DNA from: Neocallimastix sp. 'constans'
Lineage: Eukaryota
NCBI GenBank assembly: GCA_050613775.1
Contig: JBODTK010000139.1
Span: 248,001-312,000, forward strand
Direction: 5' to 3'
DNA length: 64,000 bases
Shown here: piece after piece, positions 1 to 12,700 of the stretch
Numbering within the stretch: position 1 is the stretch's first letter
Layout: each line of letters starts with the position of its first letter
Notes under the pieces: generated by a model
Databases searched by the model: none
Told to the model about the DNA's origin: nothing
What the model saw: the letters and a program-made list of their open reading frames with translations, nothing else
Translations under genes and position numbers: made by a program

Positions 1-18
1 AAATAATAATACTTTTAT

Positions 19-1127
19 TGTTAAAAAATAGTATTTTCTATAGTTTTATAATAATAATTTTTTTTTCAAATTAATACTTATATTTTCTATAATTCAATTT
101 TTTTAATAATTATTATTGCAAAGAAATAAAAAAGAAAAAAAAAAAGTAAAATTTAGATCTATTTATATTTTTATTTTCTGTAAATTAAAACAGCAAACAT
201 TCAAAATTAAAATTTTAGGAGTATAATACAAATAAAAAAAAGATTTGAAAAAAAAAAAAAAATAAAAAAAAAAAAAAAAAAAAAAAATTTTGAAAAAAAC
301 TAAAAATAAAAAAAAAGTAATACAAAATAAAAAGATTTCTAATTTCAAAATTTATTTATTTTTCTATAATGAAAATAAGAGGATATATATATATATATAT
401 TTTTTATATATATATATATCTTTATTTTATTTTATTTTATTTTTTTTTTTTATTTTTTTTTATATATATATCTTTATTTTATTTTATTTTATTTTTACTT
501 TTTTATTTTTTTTTTTTAATTTTACTTTCATTTTTTATTATTCAATATATTTTTAATTTTTTTTATTATACAATATTATCTATTATTTCTAATTATTTGA
601 AAATATATTAAAAAATTTTGTATTATACCTATTTCTGTTTTATTAATATCATATAAAATTATTATAAATTTTTTGAAAACATATATTAATATTTTTAAAA
701 TAATAATAAATAAATAATAAATAAATAATAAAACAAAAAACAAACAAACAAACAAAAATAAAATAAAAAAAAAATAAAATAAATAGTTGAAACATAAATA
801 TAAAGTACAGATTGAATAAAATAAGATTTTTTAATATAAATATTATTTTGTCAAAAATATATTTCGATAAATAATTATCATTATTAAGTTATTAAAAATA
901 GAACACATTATTCAGTAAAAATAAACATTTATTTATTTTAGTTTTTATGATTATTTAAAATATCTTTTATTATTATGTTCCTTCTTTTATTAAAATTAAG
1001 AATTATTTTTAAACAATAAAATCATTACTTGGTTTTATACTTTATTGAATGTTACAAATATAATTTGTTGGTTATTACAATATTAAAAATAAATTAATAA
1101 TCAATTTAATAATTGTTATTTTTAACA
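19..1127 (-). repeat. Probable 3' LTR of the copia element (left boundary uncertain)
   Basis: Minus-strand PPT GGAGGAG (1128-1134) is directly followed by TGTTAAAAATA at 1127. The left end at 19 is guessed from an inverted TGTTAAAAAATA. No matching 5' LTR was seen. Confidence 0.4.
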
Positions 1128-1204
1128 CTCCTCCAAAAATCTAGCTTCAAAAAAAAACTTTAACAAAGAAAAAAAATGAAGATAGATTTTTAATTTAATT
1201 TCTT

Positions 1205-4200
1205 TTAAAATTCCGTTAATAAGGTGTTTCTGAAATTGTCCATTAAGGTCTTGTTTAAAAATTTGGTAAATCCATCTGCTAGATTACTTTTAGATTTTAC
1301 ATACTTTAGTACAATTAGTTTTTTACTGATTAAGTCTCTAATGTGATGGTACCTGATATCAATATGCTTTGATTTTGGGTTTATTGATTGATTTTCACTG
1401 TTGTATATTGTTGCTTTTTTGTCAACGAATATTGTAACATAATCGATGTTTATATTTAATTCATTCATGAAATTTCTGTACCATAAAGAGTGTTTAGCGC
1501 ATTCACTCAGGCTGTAATATTCGGCTTCAGACGTGGTAGTAGAGACGCAATGTTGTAGTTTTGAATACCAGCTTGTTTGTGTATTTCCAAGCATCATAAG
1601 AAATCCAGAAGTAGATTTCCTTGTGTTGAGATCTCCTGCATAATCTGCGTCTACATATACCTTTAAATTCATCCCCTTTTGGATTTTAATACCATAGTTT
1701 TTGTATGCTGGATATAATTATAAATTTTCATAACATTCATCCAATCTTCCATCGTAGGATCACTGGATTTCCTTGCAGCTTTACTAACAGCGAAAAGTAT
1801 ATCTGGTCTGGTGCATATTCCTAAATATAATAAGCTACCAATAGCACTTCGGTATTTTGTTTCATTAAATTTCTTTGTTCTCAGTTGAGGATTTTCTTTT
1901 GGAATAAGATTTTTTGTTGTTTTTGTATAAGAGTCAGTACTGAATTTGTTTAAAATATCATTTACGTACCTTGATTGATGTAGAATATATCCATCTTTAA
2001 TTTTATTAATTTTATTAAATTTTATGCCAATAACGAATTCTACATCCCCAATGTCTTTTATGTTAAACTTTCTTTTGATTGATTCGTTTAATGAATTTAT
2101 TTTAGCTAATGTTCCAGTAATAAGTATGTCATCAACGTAGACTGACAAAATACATATTATTTCCTTTTTATTATTAATTATCTTGTATACACAAGGTTCA
2201 CTTTTTAATCTGGTAAAACCTACTTTTATTAATTCTTCGTTTAATTTATTGTTCCATTCTTTACCTGCTTGCTTTAGGCCATAGAGAGTTTTGTTTAATT
2301 TCCAAAAAGATTTCTCATAAGATTGATGTCCTTCTGGAGCTTTCATTTATATATGTTCATTAAGAGGAGCGTTTAAATAGGCTGAATTAACATTTTTTGT
2401 TTTATTTTGAAGTTCATGTTTACTGCAATGACTGTAATAATTCGAATGTTATCTTGTTTGAGGGTAGGAGCAAATGTTTCTTTATAGTCGATACCGTATT
2501 CTTGGGTATATCCCTTAGCGACTAGTCTCGCTTTTCTTTTAATTACTTTACCATTTGAGTCTCTTTTATATTTAAATACCCACCTGGATGAAATAATATT
2601 TGATCCTGAGGGTACCGTATTGACTACTGTGAATACTTTCAGTCTTTCCATATTATCAAGTTCTTCTTTTACTGATTTTAACCATTCTGATTTATCATTT
2701 AGTTTAATATGTCTATGTAGTTGTAAGGTTCAATTAGTGTATTGTTATTATTTCTTATCTTTTTTCTTTTATTAATATTAAATGAATTATTATTTTATTT
2801 TCTTTTAGTTCCTTCTATATATTGATAGTTTCTGTCTTTATTGTTCTCTTTATATTCATTATTAATATTATTAATTTCTTTCTGAGTCCTATTTAAATTT
2901 TTATTTTTGTTACCTTCTATTATGTTGTAGATTTTATTATTAATATTTGTTGAATTGTTGTGTTGATTGTTATTGTTTTGTTTTGTTGGATCATTTTTTG
3001 TTGTTTTGTCAGAATTATTGTTGATGATAGTGACATCATCATTATAATTGATGTCAGTAGTGATACTATTTTTATCATTATATTTATTGATGATGTGATT
3101 TTTATTACTATTATTACTTATATTAAGTTTTCTATTTGTATCTATATTTCTTTCAAAATTATTTTCAATAATTCTACTGTTCTTATTATTGATTTTATTG
3201 TTGTAATCGTAATGACTTAATTGTTTGACCTTATTGGGAAAAATTTTATGAAAAAAAGAGTTTCCTGGTTCGTTTTCCATAAATTCAACAGTACTGGCTA
3301 GGATGATTTTGTTATTGATAATGTCAAAAATTTTATAATCATTAGTATTGTTGCTATAACCTAGAAAAATACCAGGATGAGAATTGTTGTCAAACTTTGA
3401 ACGAAGCTTCTTTGGGACAAAGAAATATACTCTGCATCCGAAGACTCGAAAGAAACTATAATCCACAGGCTTATTATAAAATAATTCATAAGGGATTTTG
3501 TTCTGGTTTCCTTGGTGGGGAAGTCGGTTGTAAGTGAAGTTCGCAATGTCTACTGCGTATTCCCAGAAGTCATGACTAAGTTTAGATTCATTAAGAAGTG
3601 CTTTAGCAGAAGAAATAAGTGTACCATTGAACCTTTCAGCTCTACCGTTTTGAGATGGATTGTAAGGAATTGTGAATTCATGTTTAATTCCATTCTCTTG
3701 GCAGAAGGTTTGAAAACGACTATTCTGAAATTCTTTTCTGTTATAAGAGCGGAAGGCTTTTACAGTGATGTTTATGGTGTTATATATTTCATTGTGCCAA
3801 ATAATAAATTTGTTGAAAACATCAGTTTTATTTTGGGTAAAGATCACCCATCCATATCTTGAAAAATCATCTAAAATTGTTAGGAAATATTTGTTGTTAT
3901 TTATGGAGTTAGTGACTGGTCCAACTAGATCTATGTGTATGAGATCTAAGATTTGTTTTGTTTTATTTGTCGTAGGCTTATAAAATTTATTTTTTAATTT
4001 TGAATTAATACATATTGCGCATTTGGTTTGTAAGTTTGTATTATTTAATTTATTTTTGATCTTTAATATATCAAAATGGCCTAAGCGTCTGTGCCAAAGG
4101 TCCATTAATTGACTTTTATTTAGAAAAGTATGGTTAATTACATGATTACTTTTTATATTATTTTTCTTAAAATAAATTGGTTGTTCTGATGTAAATATTT

Positions 4201-5679
4201 TGAATGTGTTCATATTATCGGATATTGATTTATAGATTCGGTTACCCTTATCGTTATAAATTAATGCTTGTGGTGAGTTATTATAATTATTGAATATGAT
4301 TTTGAAGTTTTGTGCTATTAACTGATTGATGGAAATTAAATTTTTTTTAATATGTTTTGAATAGTAAATATTTTTAAGTGTGAATTTATAATTATTAATG
4401 AATCCGGTAAAGTCGCCTTAATAGTTTGATAAAATTTTCTTTCCATTTACAAGCGAAATTTTTGTATTACATTTTTTGATATTGGTGAGTAAATTAATAT
4501 TGTTTGTGGTGCTTATTGAAGCACCAGAATCAAGGATCCAAACTATAAAATTATTATTTTTAATTTCATTAATTTTATTATAGTAATTATTTGTTTAAAT
4601 GCTATTGATTTCTAAAGCATTATCTGAAAAATAATCTTTTGAAAAATCTTCTTGGTAATTATCTTTATATTCTTTATTATTGTTTATTAAATAAACGAGC
4701 TTATTGTTTATTTTATTTTTGTTATATTTCTTATCTGATTCCCTTTTGTCTTTATTAGATTTATTATTCTTGGTTACTTTATTAAAGTTAATTTTCTTAT
4801 TTTTAAAGCAATCCTTAATATAGTGACCGTATTTTCCGCAGAGAAAGCACTTTCCATTCTTTCTTTTGGAATATTTTCTTTTCTTATCTCTAATTTTACT
4901 CTTAGGATATGAATGTAAATGAAAAATATTTTCAGATTTTTTTTCTTGAATCTTTTTTTCTTTAAGATGAGAAAACGTAATGTCTGGAACTATCCTTTTA
5001 AAGTAGTTACAACATTCTTTCCAATTATTGTTGAATTGGAAAACGTTAATCCACCTTAAATTTTCTGGTAAAGCACCGTTAAGAATTCCGACTTTTGTAT
5101 TGTCAGAAATGTCTGAGTCTATTATTTCTAGTTCGTCAAGCATATTTTGGAGATTTGCTAAAAAATGTGAATATCATCATTTACATTAATCTTTAAGAAA
5201 TTTATTCTATTTTTCAGAATCATTTTTCTATGTTCATCTCCAAGAGTAAAAGATTCCTGGAGAAAATTCCACATCTGAAAGGCTGTTTTACTATGACCTT
5301 TCAGAATCTCTTTAGTTTTATTCCCAAGACTGTTGGTAATGATTCATTTTACAAGGATATCATTTTTGATATCCTTTTGAGTAGTCCCAGCATCATAGAC
5401 AAGTGAGGAATCAAATTTATCAATAATATAATCGTCTAGATTTTCTCTTATATCCTTTCGTCTTAATTTTTTTATTTTTTGGGAACTAATATACTCGTCT
5501 AGATTGTTGATTGTTAAGAGATATAGGATATTGATTTTCCAATTTTGGAAGTTTTCAATATTTAGTTCTGTTATATGATTAAAATTCTCTGAATAATTAA
5601 AAGAAATCCCTTTGGCAGAAAGATTGTTTTCTGTGGTATCAATAATTTGATTTCTTTGATTGTTTCTAGTTCTGGGCAT
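1205..5679 (-). pseudogene. Ty1/copia gag-pol polyprotein, frameshifted into several fragments
   Basis: Domain order is gag (CFLCGKYGHYIKDC knuckle), protease (WILDSGAS near 4520-4543), GAG-pre-integrase LWHRRLGH, integrase (PYNPSQNGRAER), RT (KARLVAKGY, LYGLKQA, YVDD), RNase H (DADYAGD, KHIDIRYH). Multiple frameshifts. Confidence 0.95.
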
Positions 5680-6544
5680 ATTGATTTTATAGATTTAATT
5701 AAAATAAATATTGATTTATTTTATTGAATTGATTAAGTTTTGATGATTATATAATTTTATTTTATTTTTTTTATTTAAAAATTTTTATATTTTTTTTATT
5801 TTATATATGTATTTTTAACGATTTTAGATTTAATTTAAATCTTAAATTTAATTGGATTCGAAAATTTATAGTTTCTATTTTTTGGTGTTAAATAAATTCC
5901 CTTTTTTTTAATTAGTTTAATTAACTTGACCATCATATTGATGTCATCTGGTGTTGTTTATATTAAGAGTAATTGATAAAGTCATGACATGATTGCTCCA
6001 ATATGACTAATTTGACATTATTTATAATATATTAGTAAATATATATTACTATTATTTATTCTTTATTTTATTAAATTACAGGCTGTAACAAACTGGTCAT
6101 TTATAGCAATAGGCAACACTGGAAAATTAATAATAAGTTAAAATGTTTTTTAAAAAAAATTTGTTTTATTAATTTATTAAAATAAAATTTATTAAAGTAA
6201 TTATTTATTAATTAATTAACTAATTTTGTAATATATCAAATTACTTATTATTAATTGATTAATTAATAAAAGCACGAATTCAAAATATTTCTTTTGTGAA
6301 AATTTACTCATATTTATACTTTTTACGGAAAAACAGTTTGTATGATTTTCAAAAATTTTAGAATCTTAGAAAAATCGTTTAAAACTGATTTTCTCGGTTA
6401 ATTTAGAAACTAATGGAAGAAAGGATAAAATAAAATAAAAAATTCATTTTAATTATTAAGAATTTCTATGAAATTCTTAAAGAAAATACAGAAAAAATTA
6501 ACTAGAACAATGAAAATAAAATATTCAAAAAGTAGGTTTAAGTG

Positions 6545-6597
6545 TGAAACGAACTCGAGTAGTCCGATTCATGACTATAGCTCTAACCGCTATACCA
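6545..6597 (-). promoter_or_regulatory. tRNA-like Pol III internal promoter in LTR (A box 6587-6597, B box 6545-6555)
   Basis: Minus-strand TGGTATAGCGG ... AGTTCGTTTCA, starts 42 nt apart; homologous to the module in the F LTRs. Confidence 0.6.
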
Positions 6598-6620
6598 AGA
6601 TTTCCTCTTACAAATTGTAA

Positions 6621-7413
6621 TGTAAGAAATTGATATAAATTTTTATAATTTATTTCTATTTCTTATTAATTAATAATTATTTCATAATTATTATTCTTTA
6701 AAAAAATTTATTTCATTTAAAAAAACAATTATACCAATTAATGTATTAATTGTTATATGAAAAAATGTATTTAATATAACTTCTGTATTATTTCATAGAA
6801 AAAATGTATTTAATAAAATTTCTGCATTATTTTATCCTTCTCTTTTTTATCCTTTTTCTTTTTAATTCTTTTAGTTATTAAAATCGGTTATTAAAGTTTT
6901 TCCGATTAATTATAATTGGTTTTATTTAATAACACGATGATCAATAAGTATAGATTATTGATCAAAAATCTTTCCAGTTTTTTCTTCTAATCTTTTTCTG
7001 GAAAGAATCATTGTTAAGATTAGAAAAATACATTTATTTTTGTAAAAATATAAATAGCTGTTGATTTTCGTCTTTAGAAAATCAAGAGTTATTATTTTAG
7101 GAAAAATATAATAACAATAAAAGACATTAATATTTCAATTAATATAAAATAGTTATTTTAAAATTTGTCAAAAAAAAAATAATAAAATATTTAATAATAA
7201 AATAGATTAATAAAGTTCTTTTGATAAAAACATATTTTATTTCTCATTCATTTAAGGTCTATTATATTTTCTTATAATAAACTCTAATTTTAAAGATAAG
7301 TATTAAATTCTTATTTTTATTTTAATTTTTATTTTACTTTTTTATTTAATCTTAATAGTTTAGTTAATATTAATTATAAATAATAATTTCTATAATTTAT
7401 AGAAATTATTACA
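6621..7413 (+). repeat. Solo LTR, family E
   Basis: TGTAAG...ATTACA, 5-bp TSD TGTAA (6616-6620, 7414-7418), TATAAATAG and AATCAAGAGTTAT motifs shared with other E LTRs. Confidence 0.8.
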
Positions 7414-8210
7414 TGTAATAATACAGAATGAACAAATAATACTAATTGTGCTAGAATAATATAAATTATTCTAACCTTATAGATTATTCTATTCTATATA
7501 ATTGGAACTTTCCAATATTCTTCAAATATTACTAAATAGAAATCTTAAGTTAATAAATCACTAATTAACTTATAATTCCTTTTTGAATTATCGATCCGAT
7601 TCCATTATAATGTATTAAAAATCTTTAGCCAAGAATATTGTCCTTGCCCACTTAATATATTAATATTATATTTCTTTTGTATTATGTTATATTGAAAATA
7701 ATCAAATCTATTTAATTAGTTATTAAAATTTTCGTTATCAATTTAAATTTATTTTTAATTACTAAATTTAACTAAACCACAATAAAATATTCTGTATAAT
7801 CTCTTTATTTTTATCTTATATATATTAATATTAAACTATTATTAAATAATTAATAATTCAATAATATAAAACTAATATTTATAACAATAATATTATTAAC
7901 TAAAATAATAATTCAATTTCAATTTAAATGTTTTATTTATTAAAATAATTAGTAATTAGTTTATTAAGAAATAGTTAGGCTTTACAAATTTTAATTTGAT
8001 AAAAAAATATAAATACATGTAATTTTTAGAGAAATAAAATATAATGAATAACTTACTTTTATTAAATAAATAATTATATTATTATTTTTCTTTTATAAAT
8101 TTAAATAAATAAACATTGATTTTAAAACAAAATTATTTTTATTGTAATTTTATTATTTGTGTTAATTATTATTATATTCCTAAAATTATATGAACCATAC
8201 CATGAAAAAT

Positions 8211-8228
8211 TGGTGGAGATATCGGGGA
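8211..8228 (+). promoter_or_regulatory. Primer binding site, probably tRNA-Ala
   Basis: TGGTGGAGATATCGGGGA is complementary to ...UCCCCGAUAUCUCCACCA, which resembles eukaryotic tRNA-Ala 3' ends. Identical at 18581-18598, 50418-50435 (-) and 62731-62748 (-). Confidence 0.8.
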
Positions 8229-8390
8229 ATATAATAATAAATTAATACATTGGGGATAAAATTATAATATTAATAAATAATTTTTCTAATAAAACAAATA
8301 TTTTTTTTAAAAAAGAAAACAATTTTTATATTTTTAACTAATTATTATTAATTGTTAAAAATATTAATTAATATTAAATTAAACTAATAT

Positions 8391-8556
8391 TCGTGCATAG
8401 ATTTCCGGGTTAAGTTTATCCTACATAGTAATTGGGCTAGTAGGCTCTGGACTGCTATTTTTTATATTGAAAATAGTAACCGTGGCACACGCGTGGCATG
8501 ACACCTTTCAAGAGGTAAGCTGCACGTCAGACAGTGTGTACTATCAGATTGCACGA
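8391..8556 (+). ncRNA. Conserved structured cis-RNA in gypsy 5' leader, function unknown
   Basis: GC-rich island conserved in family B (50201-50361, minus) with compensatory changes in four stems. Confidence 0.8.
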
Positions 8557-8711
8557 TTATTATAATTTAATAAATGATTAATAATAATAAATAATTAATA
8601 ATTTTATTAGTTAAAAGATTTATTTTTTTTAATTTTTTTTTATTTTTACTTTTTATAACAATTTATACATTACGAGGTTTAGCATTCTATAGATACAATA
8701 AATTTTATTTA

Positions 8712-9629
8712 ATGAGAACATCCAGTACTTCCAGTACTCCAACAGAGAGTACTCCAGAAAGTAAGCTTAGCTTCCGAGAATTAAAAAAAGAATTAAAAGA
8801 TTTTGAAAAGCTTACTAAACAAAACCTAGACATCAACTCCTGGGCAAACGAGTTAAAGGCATGGATAAAATACCAACATATCAAGGATCCTGAAACTATT
8901 TTTACTGCTTGTATATTAACGGCTTCTGGAGAACCAAGAGAAATTATCCAAGAACTAGAAGATGGAAATGACCTTACTGAAGATGAAGATTCTGATTTCG
9001 ATAGCGATAGTGAAGGAGAAGATGATGAAGAAAGTGAATCTACTAACACCTACCCAAGCCTTGATGAAATCATAAATCATCTGAAGACTTTCTATGGACT
9101 TAAAGAAGATCAAACCAATTTGTTACGAGAATTACGTTCCATGAAAATAAAGAAGAACGAGAAAGTTAAAGATTTTAATGTCCGTTATAGATCTTTGTAC
9201 CATAAATTGGATAAAAAGAGAAGAAGAAAAATTAGTGTTTTAGATTATGCAGATTCCTTAACCAATAATCCTGACGCATGGAGAAAGGTTATGCTTAAAG
9301 ACCATATTTCTATTACCAAAGCGTTCGCTATAGCCGAAAAAGTTGATCGTTTATCTATTAAAAATAGTACTGAATATTATGATAAGACTCATTACAATCT
9401 CCTTAACTCTAAAAGTAATTTTAATAAGAACATTTCAAATGATTTTAACAAACCAAAAACCCATAAAAATGTATCTATAGAAAATATCACTAACAAGATG
9501 AAAGAAATGAAAATTAGTACTTGCTGGTTTTGTAGCAATGAAGGACATACCAAACGAAACTGTCCTAAATTAAATTCTATATTGGAAAATAACCGAAAGA
9601 AGTTTTATGAAAATCATTTAAACCACTAA
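8712..9629 (+). CDS. gag: Gag of A1
   Basis: 305 aa; acidic linker; CCHC knuckle CWFCSNEGHTKRNC. Confidence 0.93.
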   Translation: MRTSSTSSTPTESTPESKLSFRELKKELKDFEKLTKQNLDINSWANELKAWIKYQHIKDPETIFTACILTASGEPREIIQELEDGNDLTEDEDSDFDSDSEGEDDEESESTNTYPSLDEIINHLKTFYGLKEDQTNLLRELRSMKIKKNEKVKDFNVRYRSLYHKLDKKRRRKISVLDYADSLTNNPDAWRKVMLKDHISITKAFAIAEKVDRLSIKNSTEYYDKTHYNLLNSKSNFNKNISNDFNKPKTHKNVSIENITNKMKEMKISTCWFCSNEGHTKRNCPKLNSILENNRKKFYENHLNH

Positions 9630-9669
9630 AAGGGAGTAGAAGCACTCCCATCGTCAAAAAAATTGCTTC
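9617..9669 (+). promoter_or_regulatory. -1 ribosomal frameshift signal (T TTA AAC plus H-type pseudoknot)
   Basis: Slippery heptamer 9617-9623 in the gag frame; stem GGGAGT/ACTCCC; loop GAAGC pairs with GCTTC at 9665-9669; the -1 frame is open into pol. Confidence 0.85.
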
Positions 9670-9799
9670 AGTCTGCCATCGTCCCAAAACAGTTGACTTA
9701 AAAGAAGATGATGATTATGAAGAAATTGCTGATTTCCAAGAAGGTACTACTACGGATTATTACGAAGATTTTGATGATGAGTCGGATGGTTCCAAAGAA

Positions 9800-12700
9800 T
9801 TGGATTACTTAGTAAACGTTATAAAGAGAAAGGCAAATCCTAAAGATGAAGAGACTAGTGACCAAAGAGGAAAGAGGGTTCACCGTAGTCTAAGAGATGA
9901 TCCTAAGCCAATAGTTACTCCAGGTTTACGAAAACAAAAAGAAAATCAATTAAGGGGAACATCGCGACCAGTCAAAAAGCCAACAACTCAATTACATCCT
10001 TCGATTATGGCTCAACCCAGAATAGAGAAAGAAAAGAGGATTGAGAAAGAGCTAAGAGATAAGGAAAGAGCTAGTACTAGTACTTCTGTGGAAAATAATA
10101 AAAATAGTATTGTTAATATTATTAATGAAGAAACTTCTCAGGAAGGAAATAATTCTAAACAAACTTTAAATAAATTAATTCAAGAAAAAGCATCAGAAAA
10201 GTCAACTGAAATTATGCCAATCAGAATTCCAAGAAGAATACAAATGCAAACTGATTGTGATAGTTATGACGTGATCAAAGATTTAAACTCCAGTAATTGC
10301 AATATTACATTTGGACAATTATTGGACGTTGCTCCAAAGATACGGTCTCAAGTATCACAAGGACTTAAATTAGAAAAGAATAATACTAAAATTTCAGGTG
10401 CAGTGGATAATATGTGTGCTACTACAATAATAACGAACAATATAGATCATACATATAAAAGTAAACATCATGAACCACAAGAAGATGATATTGCTATGGT
10501 TGATGTAATAGTAGATGGAGTTCGTGGTAAGGCTTTAATAGATTCATGTAGCAACTTAAGTATTATCACAAAGCAATTTTTAGATAAATTACCTTATCAG
10601 TATGAACCTATAGGAGTTAGTGCAGGACGAATACGTTTAGCAACGCTGAATGATGATTACTCAGAAGATGTGTTAATCAAAGTTCCCGTAAAAATTAATG
10701 AACTAGAACTACTTGTTACGTGTAGAATTATAGACAAGGAGGATCCATTCTATGATATATTAATCAACCTCAAAACTCAAATTGATAACCAGTTATTTAT
10801 ACATCCAATTAGATATAGTCTTTGTCGATTTAATGATCAAGGTTTAATTGAAGAAATCGCACCTATTAATAATGAATATGATGACGAAGAAAAATTATTA
10901 TGTGTAATCAAAGCATTGAATCACCAAGAAGCTAAGCAACAATTGAAAACGATTGAAGGATTACCACCCATAAAATATATATATGACACAGTTTTTCAAA
11001 GTACAATTAATTCAAATTATAGAGAAGCTATTACTAGATTACTTGAAGAATATATTGATATAATTGCAACTTCTTCTGAAGAATTAACACCTTCAGATTT
11101 ATCACCACACAAAATTATTCTTAAGGAAGGAGTTAAACCTATTAAACAAAAATTTTATCGACTTAGTAAATTAAAAACAGATATCTTAAAAGAAGAATTA
11201 ACCAAACTCATATATAAACGATTAATTGAACCTTCATGTTCAGAATGGTCATCACCAGTAGTACTTGTGCCTAAAAAGAACGGTAAATGGCGCCTGTGTA
11301 TTGACTATAGGAAAGTAAATGAAGCAACTAAGAAGGATTCTTATTCTTTACCAAATATTGAGGAAATTTTTGATAGCTTAGATGGAGCAAAAATCTTCTC
11401 AACATTAGATCTTTATTCCGGTTATCATCAAATATTAATGGATGATGATAGTGTTGAAATCACTACCTTTACAACTAAGTTCGGAAACTACCAATTCAAG
11501 GTAATGCCCTTCGGTTTAACAGGTGCTCCAGCTACATTCCAAAGAGAAATGAACCGTATACTATTTCCCTTAATAGGAAAATGCGTATATAACTTTATCG
11601 ATGATATTTTAATCTACTCAAGAACTGAAGAAGAACACCTAGAACATCTTAAACAAGTCTTAGAAATATTCAAGGAACATAAGTTAAAAATCAATATCGA
11701 AAAGTGTTCTTTCATGCAAACTGAAGTAGAAGTACTTGGACATAAAGTATCCTCAGAAGGTTTAAGTCCATTGGAAAACAAAGTTGAAGCTATTAAAGAA
11801 TGGAAGGCTCCCTCTAACATTCATGAACTTCGATCATTTTTAGGAGCCATTGGATATTATAGAAATTTTATTAAGGACTTTGCAAAAGTTACTGCTCCTC
11901 TCTGCACTCTATTAAGAAAAGGTATTAAGTTTGAATGGAAAAAGGAACAAGAAGAAAGTTTTAAAATTCTTAAGGAAAGATTAATCAATGCCCCAATATT
12001 AAGATTTCCTAGATTTGATAGAGAATTTATTATAAGAACAGATGCTTCCTATGATGGAATAGGCGGTGTGCTTTTACAAAAGGATGATGAAACTGGAAAG
12101 GAGCATCCGGTTCATTATATTAGTAGAAGTTTATCTAAATCGGAAAAGAATTATGGAATTACGGATCTAGAAGGTGCTGCTCTAATTTACTGTATTAATA
12201 AATTAAAATCTTATATTATGGGAAATCCTAAGCAAACTATAGTATATACAGACCATAGACCCTTAATCGGATTACTTAAAAATAAGGAACCACAAAACTC
12301 TCGTCATACTAGATGGTGTTTGACTGTCAGTATGTTAGGAATTGATTTACGATATGAAACTGGAAAGAATAATGTTGTCGCAGATGCTTTATCAAGAATG
12401 AAAAATGAAAAAGAAAAAGTTGTCTTAACAACACAAATTATCAAGGAACAAGATGAAAACCTGCTTTCAAGAACCATTAAGGAATTTATTGAAGAAAAAT
12501 TTACGACAATTGATGGTGTGGACTACTTTGTTGATGGCAATAATTATAGAAAATTAGTTACAGATACAAAAGAAAAACTTCAATTAATTTTTCAAGCACA
12601 CAGTATAGGACACGAAGGCTATTACAAGACATACCAACGTTTGAAAAAGAGCTACTATTGGAACAATATGGTTAATGACATTAAGCGAATTATAGGTAAA

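Noticed and set aside
163..611. Short hydrophobic ORFs (also 20085-20897, 25003-25443, 31620-32042, 42979-43191)
   Set aside because: Artefacts of AT-rich low-complexity sequence, microsatellites or antisense frames.
8391..8556. Hammerhead, SECIS, SRP helix 8 or pestivirus IRES identity
   Set aside because: No CUGANGA/GAAA core, and only short coincidental word matches to the others.
8705..9049. Antisense or overlapping ORFs within gag and pol (also 11614, 37845-40012, 45142-47264, 59139, 61910)
   Set aside because: Shadow frames of real coding sequence with no recognisable domains.
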